IMG/VR virus record: IMGVR_UViG_3300028384_000756
Coordinates: 1-46,141 of that record
Direction: 5' to 3' (one strand)
From: a virus
Taxonomy: Duplodnaviria; Caudoviricetes
DNA: 46,141 nt
Shown here piece by piece: positions 29,622-37,800 of the stretch. The translations under genes were made by a program, and so were the position numbers. Numbering within the stretch: the first letter of the stretch is position 1; every line of letters starts with the position of its first letter. The notes under the pieces are model-generated. The model ran no database searches. It had not been told where the DNA came from and saw only the letters and a program-made list of their open reading frames with translations.

Positions 29622-30242
29622 ATCTTGCTCTCTATTTAAATTATGATCTTCAACTAGAGTAGATCCAAACTCAAGACCCATTTTAGGTCTTCCGTCCCAT
29701 TTTAAATCTGTGCTGTCTCCGTTAGCATCAACATACTGAATAAAACCTTGTACTTGTTCTTTGCCTTGGAATCTGCCATTACGCCAATGTACTAAATCTC
29801 TTCCTGGGTACACTAAAATGTCGCCTACTTCGAGCGTAAACACATCAACATTTTTATTTCTACGTTGCACACATAGTTCCCAATCGTGTGTATTATCTTT
29901 TTCAAGACAAACACTAACAGTATATTCACTAGCTCGTCTATCTAGATGTTTGTCTAAGTGACCATTAGTTCTGTATATACGTCCGTATGTATAACTAGGT
30001 AATACTTGACGTCCTAATATTTTTTCTAGCTTAGGTTGTATATGTAAACTAAGTGTTTCTAAACATAATGGTCCGTACCAACTAAAACTTTCTTCTTGTC
30101 CTGGTTCTTTACCCATGCTAGGATCGACATGAGATACCATTTCGTCCAGCAAACGCATTTCTTGTGCTACAAATCGACATACTTCTTTATCTACTACATT
30201 TTGTTTTACAAATGCAAAATCTTTTTCACTAGTATAAATCAT
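29601..30242 (-). CDS. Fe(II)/2OG oxygenase (HxD...H); start revised to MIYTSEKD (ATGA overlap)
   Basis: PSYTYGRIY..NG.L.KHLDR..SEYTVSVCL, GD.LVY.G..L.HWR, Q.F.QYVD.NG. Confidence 0.85.
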   Translation of the reverse strand: MIYTSEKDFAFVKQNVVDKEVCRFVAQEMRLLDEMVSHVDPSMGKEPGQEESFSWYGPLCLETLSLHIQPKLEKILGRQVLPSYTYGRIYRTNGHLDKHLDRRASEYTVSVCLEKDNTHDWELCVQRRNKNVDVFTLEVGDILVYPGRDLVHWRNGRFQGKEQVQGFIQYVDANGDSTDLKWDGRPKMGLEFGSTLVEDHNLNREQDLQSKIS

Positions 30243-30766
30243 AATAACGGTAACAAACTCCATTGATCAAAAGGTCTAGACGGCTCTGTTTGTATATCAA
30301 AGCCTAATGTAATCCTAGGACCATCATAAACTTTATCTACTTCAACCTTATGCATACGATGCCCTGGGCCAATATAGATATTTCCTATTTCATTTTTTAC
30401 TTCGTAGCCTTCAAACACAGTTCTAGTACCTTTCGGATCTATACTTATATATCCATGATAAGGCCAGTTATGTCCATGCCAATCTAATACTTGGTCAGGC
30501 TTATGAAAATTTAGCCAGCTCTGAAACCATAAAGGATCTTCTGTGCCTATAAAATCTCTAACAATAGTTCTTAGTTCTTTATATAAATCATACCATATAG
30601 GACTAGGACTAGTTGCAGCAAACACATTATAATAATGATATCCCCAGGTGCTATCTTTATCAGGAAATGTTTTTTTAAAATTTTCGTGTACATAATGGCA
30701 TTCATCCACAAAGAAATTGTGGTAATTAACTATTGTATTTGATTTATGTACTTGCCAATCTGTCAA
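30239..30766 (-). CDS. Fe(II)/2OG-type oxygenase-like protein (HxH...H), TTG start
   Basis: QSWLNFH...LDWHGH, HGYISI, G...HKV, RITLGFD. Confidence 0.7.
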   Translation of the reverse strand: MTDWQVHKSNTIVNYHNFFVDECHYVHENFKKTFPDKDSTWGYHYYNVFAATSPSPIWYDLYKELRTIVRDFIGTEDPLWFQSWLNFHKPDQVLDWHGHNWPYHGYISIDPKGTRTVFEGYEVKNEIGNIYIGPGHRMHKVEVDKVYDGPRITLGFDIQTEPSRPFDQWSLLPLL

Positions 30767-31365
30767 AATATTTTTCCGTAATTAATGTTTAATACTACAC
30801 GATAAGGATTTTCTTTACAAAAACTACTAGTATGATAATAGCGTCCGTCAAATACTAATACACGACCTTTTTTAGGTGTAACACGTTTTTTAACAGTAAA
30901 GTCCATATTTAACATTGTCTCGATATCTAATGCATGGTCAAAATCAGAAGTTTTTTCTTCGAAGATATGTGTGTCACCGTCACTGTCATTAACATAATAA
31001 ATTGCAATCCAATGAGGATACTCACTGTCAATATGCGGTAAATGATAATCTCTAGTACTTGTAGTATTCCTTTGTGTTAAATTAAATCTAGCACGTTCAA
31101 GAACATCGTAATCAAAAAGTTTCTGATCAGCAATAGTAAGAATTAGCGGATGTATAAATTCAAAAAATGGACTTACTACTTTTCTATCTTCGTATAAAAA
31201 GTGATTATGTCCTACATGATTTAAATCTTTTTCATCTGTAAAGATTTGATCAGTAACTAAGTGCTTATTAAAATACCAAGGAAACTTATTTTCGGTAACA
31301 CGATCTTCAATCATATTAGCATAGTTTTTAGGTATTAATCCGTCAAGTACAAAAATATCATCCAT
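30763..31365 (-). CDS. Fe(II)/2OG oxygenase (HxD...H)
   Basis: FPWYF, PHID, IYYVNDSDGDT, PKKGR..VFDG..YHTS, RVVLNIN. Confidence 0.85.
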   Translation of the reverse strand: MDDIFVLDGLIPKNYANMIEDRVTENKFPWYFNKHLVTDQIFTDEKDLNHVGHNHFLYEDRKVVSPFFEFIHPLILTIADQKLFDYDVLERARFNLTQRNTTSTRDYHLPHIDSEYPHWIAIYYVNDSDGDTHIFEEKTSDFDHALDIETMLNMDFTVKKRVTPKKGRVLVFDGRYYHTSSFCKENPYRVVLNINYGKIF

Positions 31366-32056
31366 AATAATCTACCACTGCATAAAAGACTAATGTAAGT
31401 CTACTATCTTCTAATGTTTTTCCAAAGAAGTTATCTGGCGAATGCCAAATTCTTGGATCAAATGTAATACATCTGTTAAAAACATTTTCAACAACTGTAT
31501 TAACTTTAAAATTATTTCTATGTTCTTCTCTGTAATCAGATAACTCTAAACGCTTTTCTGGCGTTAGCTCAAAAATGTCTCTTTGAATTAATAAATGTGC
31601 TTGCTCTGCCATTGAATCAAGTTGGTCGTCGTAAAAACTTGTTCCAGTGCCTAGTGGTGCATTTTTATTCAAATAAACTAATCCTGCTAAATTAATACCC
31701 GGGTCATCATCATGAATCCATCCTTTAACAAATGTTTCATCTACTGAATGAAACCTTACACTAAGGTCACGAAATCCGTTACATCGTGGAATGTTACGTT
31801 GTAGTGTTCTAGCAAAAGAATCAAATACTTCTATATCTAACTCATGTAACGATTTAGATCTTTGCCCTGGAAAAACTTCAAATTCAGGACCACTGTATTC
31901 TTGTTTGAGTGCGTAACTCCTCCAAAGTTCAGGTGCTTCAAAAAAGTCTTCAATGATTCGTAATGGTATATAAGGATTCTTTTTACGATTTTTTAAATCG
32001 TATGCTTGTATATTATATGCACTCTCTTGTGCTTTTTGTTCTAAATAATTACTCAT
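31358..32056 (-). CDS. Fe(II)/2OG oxygenase (DUF6445-like)
   Basis: IIEDFF..P, FPGQRS, GWIHDD, AGLVYL, GTSFY, EN.FNR...F....WHS...FFG....SRLTLVF. Confidence 0.8.
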   Translation of the reverse strand: MSNYLEQKAQESAYNIQAYDLKNRKKNPYIPLRIIEDFFEAPELWRSYALKQEYSGPEFEVFPGQRSKSLHELDIEVFDSFARTLQRNIPRCNGFRDLSVRFHSVDETFVKGWIHDDDPGINLAGLVYLNKNAPLGTGTSFYDDQLDSMAEQAHLLIQRDIFELTPEKRLELSDYREEHRNNFKVNTVVENVFNRCITFDPRIWHSPDNFFGKTLEDSRLTLVFYAVVDYYG

Positions 32057-32681
32057 TGCAAAAAAACACCAATGTTAATCTTCCGTTGTCTTTGTTTGTA
32101 CCAAAAAATTGATTTGCACTATGCCACATTCTAGGATCAAATGCTACGCACCTATTGTATCTATTTTCAACTGTTACTGAAGGAGTAAACAAAGAACGCT
32201 GTTCATTTCTATATTTTTTATTATCTCTGTGATCAGCTTCTAGTGTCATATCAGTATCAAATATTTCTTGAAACTTATCAGCACTGATATCTTCTTGTTC
32301 CATGTATACAGTATTTCCGCTGCCCTGTGGAGGATTAGGTGTTAGAAATATTACACCAGCAAGTCTATGGACATCATTATCTTCGTGTACCCAACCGTTA
32401 TCCCATTCTTCTGTAATAACTTGGAATGACGCATCAATGTCGCTAAAATCTTTAAACTGAGGATATTCTTTTAATAGTTTATACCGAACAGTATTATACA
32501 GCTCTTTGCTAATTTCGTCTAGCAAATGAGTTCGTATACCTGGCCAAGTACCTCTACTCTCTCCTTTAAAAAATTCTTGATCTAGTGCCCATTCTCTAAT
32601 AGTATCAGGAGTTTCAAAGAAGTCGTCAATAATTACTTGAGGAATAATTGGTCTATCTCTTTTTCCTTTATAATTATACAT
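32049..32681 (-). CDS. Fe(II)/2OG oxygenase (DUF6445-like), paralogue of the adjacent gene
   Basis: IIDDFF..P, WPGIRT, GWVHED, AGVIFL, ENRYNR...FDPRMWHS...FFG....GRLTLVFF. Confidence 0.8.
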   Translation of the reverse strand: MYNYKGKRDRPIIPQVIIDDFFETPDTIREWALDQEFFKGESRGTWPGIRTHLLDEISKELYNTVRYKLLKEYPQFKDFSDIDASFQVITEEWDNGWVHEDNDVHRLAGVIFLTPNPPQGSGNTVYMEQEDISADKFQEIFDTDMTLEADHRDNKKYRNEQRSLFTPSVTVENRYNRCVAFDPRMWHSANQFFGTNKDNGRLTLVFFCNE

Positions 32682-33267
32682 TTCTCTTCGCTTTAAAATT
32701 CATTGTCAATACAATTCTAGTGTCTAACATTTTTGGACATGTACTTGCATGATATCTTCCGCCGTCAAATAAAACAGCTGAATTTTTTAAAGGCATATTT
32801 CTCTCAACAACTTGGTATCGTTCTGATTCTTCTCTATTATGAAAAATTACAGTTTCGCCATCGCAATCGTTAAAATAGAAACATGCTGTATAATGTTCCT
32901 CTTCAAAATCAATATGAGGCTCGTTATGTGCATAAGGCTGACTTGGAAAGTTATATCTAGTATTCATTAAAAATCCTAGTCTCAGTCTGATAACTTCTTC
33001 AAGTTCCATATCTGCCTTGTGTAATAAGTTATCCAGGATAGGTTTAAAGTGTTCTAAATATGGGGATGCAACTCCGGTATCTCTGTGAAATAACAAGTGT
33101 GCAAATCCTGGTGTAGGTTTAGCAGGCTTTTTACTATTTTCCCATGTAATATCAGGTACGTAGTGCCAATCAAAGTCTACATTAGTCATCATGTCCCATA
33201 GCTCATTTAACTTTGGTTCATCAATAATTCCCATATATTTTAATATATCATCTGTAAGTTTTTCCAT
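32674..33267 (-). CDS. Fe(II)/2OG oxygenase (HxD...H); start revised to MEKLTDD
   Basis: GGAGG RBS before ATG 33267; PHIDF, FYFNDCDGET, FDGGRYHAS, RIVLTMNF. Confidence 0.85.
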   Translation of the reverse strand: MEKLTDDILKYMGIIDEPKLNELWDMMTNVDFDWHYVPDITWENSKKPAKPTPGFAHLLFHRDTGVASPYLEHFKPILDNLLHKADMELEEVIRLRLGFLMNTRYNFPSQPYAHNEPHIDFEEEHYTACFYFNDCDGETVIFHNREESERYQVVERNMPLKNSAVLFDGGRYHASTCPKMLDTRIVLTMNFKAKRNV

Positions 33268-33278
33268 TCGATCCTCCG

Positions 33279-33995
33279 TCAAATCTCGTAATAGTTTCTA
33301 TCGATCGAATTTTCGATCGGGTCTGTTGGAAATCTATTCCAACAAGGTATTGATATTGATATTCTGCTTTCGTCTTTAGGTATTGCTGCGTGATATGCTC
33401 TACTAGGAATATACAGTACATCTCCTGGTTCTAAAACTATATCAATTTCTTTGTCTAGCATATCTTCAGTTAACTGATTATTCATTACTCCGGTTCTATA
33501 TAAGTAACTAATTCTATTATTGTACACTTGCCATCTTGTTTTTCCTTCAACTTGACAAATAAAATTAACAGGGTAATCTTCGTGTATATTAAAAGAGTTT
33601 GATCCTGATTTGCGACCGCAGTATAAATGCGCTGCTGCATTTACATCAAATAAATTTTCAATAGTGTTTAACAAGCTACTAATAACTCTATTATGAAAAC
33701 CGTAATTAGTAATTATTAATGTATCACCGTTAATTACACTTTCTGCAACAAAAGATTTTTCTTGTACTGGTTTTTCTGTAATCCATGCTTTTTGATATGC
33801 AGGAATATCTTTTTTCATATTATCAGAACCAACAAGTTCAAAATTATAAAATTGAGGATTATTAATACATTCTTCTACAGTTTTCCAAGAAGCTAATTCA
33901 GAAACATTCTCTAATAAGCCTTTAAAGTGATAAGGCTTATCGTCATAAAACAAATTTGTTTCGTTTAACAACCTGTTTCCTAAATAATCAAACAT
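33279..33995 (-). CDS. JmjC/Cupin_4 (YcfD/ROX-like) hydroxylase
   Basis: AHLY......SF.IHED...NFICQVEGK.RW.VY, LEPGDVLYIP...YHAA, RISIS. Confidence 0.85.
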   Translation of the reverse strand: MFDYLGNRLLNETNLFYDDKPYHFKGLLENVSELASWKTVEECINNPQFYNFELVGSDNMKKDIPAYQKAWITEKPVQEKSFVAESVINGDTLIITNYGFHNRVISSLLNTIENLFDVNAAAHLYCGRKSGSNSFNIHEDYPVNFICQVEGKTRWQVYNNRISYLYRTGVMNNQLTEDMLDKEIDIVLEPGDVLYIPSRAYHAAIPKDESRISISIPCWNRFPTDPIENSIDRNYYEI

Positions 33996-34575
33996 TATCA
34001 ATTCCTAAATTAAATGAAAGCGATATACGTTCCTCGTCACCTTCTGTCGGCATAACTGCATGTTGTAAATAACCAGGAAACAAAATTAATCTGCCTTCTC
34101 TCGGATCATATCTACAAGTACTACCACTTATTGCAGTATGTTGTACAATCGGTGCTGCACCTGTAATTGCATATTCTTCAAAATGATTTCTATAAAAGGT
34201 TATTTCTCCAGCACCTTTTGGAACTTTAATGTAAAACGTGCCACTAACAAAAGAACCTGCATGATTATGAATTTGATTAAATGCACCATTACTATTTGCA
34301 GACATCCACATATTTTGCATTTTTAAATATGTTCCATTAGCAAATCCGTAATCACTTATACACTTAATTGCATGTTCTTCTACTAGTTTTGCAAAACTAT
34401 CAGTAATAGCATAATCGCCTAGTAAAATATCATTACTTTGCCAGCCGCCAAAGTTGCTCATCGCTCTTCCCTTATCTTTATTACGTAAATCTAAGCAAAG
34501 TTCGTGCAGAGCTTTAGTGTCTATAGCTGTGTCAATCCACCATATGGGTGTAGGAAAGTAATAATCAGTATTCAT
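33988..34575 (-). CDS. Fe(II)/2OG-type oxygenase (TIGR02466-like, HxH...H)
   Basis: FPTPIW, SN.GGWQS, NQIHNH...VSGTFY, EG.LILFP.YLQH.V, RISLSFN. Confidence 0.9.
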   Translation of the reverse strand: MNTDYYFPTPIWWIDTAIDTKALHELCLDLRNKDKGRAMSNFGGWQSNDILLGDYAITDSFAKLVEEHAIKCISDYGFANGTYLKMQNMWMSANSNGAFNQIHNHAGSFVSGTFYIKVPKGAGEITFYRNHFEEYAITGAAPIVQHTAISGSTCRYDPREGRLILFPGYLQHAVMPTEGDEERISLSFNLGIDNV

Positions 34576-34597
34576 TGTATAGTACTTATTTTGTTAA

Positions 34598-35203
34598 TCA
34601 AGCAACATTCACAGTCATGACTATTCTATCATTGTCTGTATTATTAGGCTGAACTCTATGTTTTAACCAGCCCGGAAAAATAAGTATATCACCGGTAACA
34701 CACGGTACTTCTTTCCATAACTCATGTTCATGATTGATAGGAGTGTGTGCTTTATGATATTCTAATGGATCTCTAAATTCAATATACCCGCTGCCTTTCG
34801 GTAATTGGAAATATGTAGTAATAACTAACTCTGTATAGGCATGTTGATGTTCTGCTGTCTCTCCGGTTTTTCTATGTATATTAAACCAAGAATTTTGATA
34901 ACTAGTCTGTTTAGCATAGTAGTTATAATTCATAGCTGTCCAAGTTTCTGACAACGGACCGTGTAGCCATGTAAAATAATCTTGTAATTCAGGCCATTCG
35001 TGGGGAGGATGTGCTTGGTCAAAAAGAGTTGATTTAGAGTCACCTAACTCTAATTCTGATACATTGGGAACAGTATCGAAGGTTTGATAAATTTTATCCT
35101 TGATACTATCCCAATCGAAATCATAATGGAATTTAAATATATACGGCGGAAAGGGAGTAATAGGAGTACTATTACTCTGCTTCAACTGTTCCATGTTCGA
35201 CAA
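34598..35203 (-). CDS. Fe(II)/2OG-type oxygenase (TIGR02466-like, HxH...H); start may be ATG 35194
   Basis: SWFN, EHQH, IEFRDP, GD.LIFPGWLKHRV, RIVMTVN. Confidence 0.85.
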   Translation of the reverse strand: MSNMEQLKQSNSTPITPFPPYIFKFHYDFDWDSIKDKIYQTFDTVPNVSELELGDSKSTLFDQAHPPHEWPELQDYFTWLHGPLSETWTAMNYNYYAKQTSYQNSWFNIHRKTGETAEHQHAYTELVITTYFQLPKGSGYIEFRDPLEYHKAHTPINHEHELWKEVPCVTGDILIFPGWLKHRVQPNNTDNDRIVMTVNVA

Positions 35204-35426
35204 ACGTATCCTGTGCTAGTTGTAAACCCATAACAACACCTTCCATTTTAGTAATGTCTTCAACCATTTCAAGACGCTTACTAAAGTCGATATTAGTGAT
35301 TCCATAAGGATTAATTTTTTGATCACTTAGATCTTCTTCTAGTTGAGCTAGTTCTGCTTTTTTAGTTTCAAGCTCGGATTCAACATTTGTTTTTGCTGCT
35401 GCCAGCATGTCATAAAAATTAGTCAT
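35172..35426 (-). CDS. Small acidic helical/coiled-coil protein, 84 aa
   Basis: AGGAG RBS upstream; abuts the stop of the preceding gene. Confidence 0.7.
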   Translation of the reverse strand: MTNFYDMLAAAKTNVESELETKKAELAQLEEDLSDQKINPYGITNIDFSKRLEMVEDITKMEGVVMGLQLAQDTFVEHGTVEAE

Positions 35427-36206
35427 TTAGTTTCTCCTATATTTGTACTTAGTTAGAATTTTTTTCACTCTTTGCAATCTAGATTTTAAAGAATCTTCTC
35501 GATGAAAAGTAGATGACATACAGTAATTAAACTTCTTTTCCATATCTTTATCTTTGTCAGTTGCATCTGTAACTTCTAAATCTATACCGGTTGTATTTAA
35601 ATAATTTCTCGGTACTGGAATATATTGTACTAGAGGAGTGCCTGCCTCTACAACAGTATCTCCGTTTAATACATGCCAATACAATTGAACATTTAATACA
35701 TGTGCATAGTTAGGATCAATAACACCGTGCGCTGCTGTAAACCTGCTTTCATTATTATATGTAAATGGCATTTGTAAAAGCATTATGTCATCAGAGCATT
35801 CAAATCTCCACGGGGTATCTAACTTTATAACAGTCTTTAAACTTTTTGTTTTGTCGTCGAGTGTCGGAACAGTTTGTACTTCATTATGATGATTTACATA
35901 TGTAGATAAATTTGGATCATCTTTTTCGTGTCTAAATTTTGTTGGTTCTAACCATTGAAAAGTAATACCATCTCCCTGTGTGGATATAGAAAAATCTGCA
36001 GGAGCACATAGGGTATACCCTGCTCCTGTCATTAGTTTTATACCTGGACAATTTTGTGAATAAGTTTGCTCAGGATCTCCGGTAACATTTGTAGATTGCA
36101 TCCATTTTCGTTTAAACTGATTTGAATTTTTAATTGGATATAAATCAGCAACGCCGGGTTCTAAGCTATAAAATCTAATCCAAGGTTTATTTTTCTTGAA
36201 TAGCAT
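35427..36206 (-). CDS. Hypothetical protein (DUF6065-like / dUTPase-like fold)
   Basis: CPGI......GY....P.D, K...PW, G.ID, AGTPLVQYIP pattern. Confidence 0.55.
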   Translation of the reverse strand: MLFKKNKPWIRFYSLEPGVADLYPIKNSNQFKRKWMQSTNVTGDPEQTYSQNCPGIKLMTGAGYTLCAPADFSISTQGDGITFQWLEPTKFRHEKDDPNLSTYVNHHNEVQTVPTLDDKTKSLKTVIKLDTPWRFECSDDIMLLQMPFTYNNESRFTAAHGVIDPNYAHVLNVQLYWHVLNGDTVVEAGTPLVQYIPVPRNYLNTTGIDLEVTDATDKDKDMEKKFNYCMSSTFHREDSLKSRLQRVKKILTKYKYRRN

Positions 36207-37800
36207 ACGTGTCTTTGCCTTTGTAAATTTCTTTTAATAAGAATCGATAATGCGATGGTAATTTTTCTACTTGTTGTTTGACCCATTCTTCATAACGTTC
36301 AAACTCATCTTTAATATCATTTAAAAATGGTATCTTTGTAGGATGAATCATTTCTTTTGTAGAAATTGGTTTAAAACCCATTCCGGCTGCAACAAACAGG
36401 GGAGCAATAAAACTAGTATCATGATAAGTTTTTGATATAGTTACACTTCCGATAAGATTAGGATACTGTGAATTTTTAGAAACATATTCATCAAAATATT
36501 GCGGATAATATTCATGTTGTTCTGTGCAATAACGCCAGTACGGTGTATCATCTCTTGTAGATAAACTGTAGTGTGTAGAAACAAAATCTCTAAACTTTAA
36601 TACTTCGTTTTCAACAGCATAGTTAAAACCTTCTTTTTCTGTTCTACTAACAAATCCATTTCTTCTGTTTAGTATTTCTACAAGTTTATTAATATTCTCG
36701 TGTGTAGTAAGTAATCCTGTACTTTCTAATGGCTCTACAAATCCGTAGCTTAGACCAACTCCAACAACGTTTTTAACCCATCCTTTTTCTCTACGTCCGT
36801 GACGCATTTCTACATGATGCATCTCTGCGTTTTCTGCTCTCTCAGCTGATCCAGTTGTTTTTAAATGTTCAATGAATTCTTTTTTAGCATCTTCTTTAGA
36901 TATAAACTTACTTGAATAAACATAGCCTGTACCGATACGACTCCACAACGGAATATTCCAAACCCAACCGCTGCTTAATGCATGACAGTCTGTATAGTTG
37001 TGCATTTCATTTTCACGATCCTCGTACGGTATACGTGCGGCCCAAGCACTGTCGTTAAATAAATGTGTACCAAATGACTTAAACTCTGAGTCCATCCATT
37101 TCTCTAATAACATAGATTTAAATCCAGTACAATCTATCCATAAATCTGCTGATAGACTTTCTCCGTTATCTAATTCTATAGTATCAATATAGCCGTCAGT
37201 GGTCTTTGTATGTCCTGTAACATTTGCAATAATATGTTTAACACCGTTCGGCAATGCTATATTATTTTTTAAAAATTGTCCAAACTTTTGTGCATCTACA
37301 TGATACGCTGTATCCCATTTAAAGTTATAATGTCTTAGATTATTAATAGCATTACGTGTTTGCTTATTCATGTCAGCAATATATGTAGGTGCTGTTGCAT
37401 AAAATTTTGCAAATGTGTCTGGTGTAAATCTATCCGGATATAACGCTGATAATTCAGACCAAACATTAATCGGTTCTCCGGCGCCTTCTTTATTAGTATA
37501 ATCTAATCCGTTACTAAATGGATATTGAAAACTAGTACCGTCATTATCTCTAAAATTAGTAAACCTGATAGAGTTTTTATATGTGGCATCGCACTCTGAC
37601 ATCCAGTCTTCATCGTCAAGACCGAGATAATCTAAAAACAATGTAATTTGTCCAAGAGTACTTTCGCCTACGCCAACTGTACTAATATCAGGAGATTCGA
37701 CAAGTGTAACATTAATATTAGGACACATTTTTCCTAGTGCTGCGGCGGCCATCCATCCACTAGAACCTCCACCAACAATAGTTGCTGTTTTAACTCTCAT
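36187..37800 (-). CDS. Flavin-dependent halogenase 4
   Basis: GGGSSGW, VGVGEST, CDATYKNSIRF, WIDCTGF, GWVWNIP, GFVEPLESTGL. Confidence 0.93.
   Translation of the reverse strand: MRVKTATIVGGGSSGWMAAAALGKMCPNINVTLVESPDISTVGVGESTLGQITLFLDYLGLDDEDWMSECDATYKNSIRFTNFRDNDGTSFQYPFSNGLDYTNKEGAGEPINVWSELSALYPDRFTPDTFAKFYATAPTYIADMNKQTRNAINNLRHYNFKWDTAYHVDAQKFGQFLKNNIALPNGVKHIIANVTGHTKTTDGYIDTIELDNGESLSADLWIDCTGFKSMLLEKWMDSEFKSFGTHLFNDSAWAARIPYEDRENEMHNYTDCHALSSGWVWNIPLWSRIGTGYVYSSKFISKEDAKKEFIEHLKTTGSAERAENAEMHHVEMRHGRREKGWVKNVVGVGLSYGFVEPLESTGLLTTHENINKLVEILNRRNGFVSRTEKEGFNYAVENEVLKFRDFVSTHYSLSTRDDTPYWRYCTEQHEYYPQYFDEYVSKNSQYPNLIGSVTISKTYHDTSFIAPLFVAAGMGFKPISTKEMIHPTKIPFLNDIKDEFERYEEWVKQQVEKLPSHYRFLLKEIYKGKDTYAIQEK

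Noticed and set aside
22562-35203. Radical (SyrB2/WelO5/BesD-type) Fe/2OG halogenases among the oxygenases
   Set aside because: None shows the diagnostic HxG/HxA replacement at the metal motif; all are HxD or HxH.
35172-35426. RiPP precursor peptide for the island
   Set aside because: It looks like an acidic helical protein with no leader/core pattern and no Trp or Cys. The 74-aa ORF at 39486-39710 likewise has no precursor signature.
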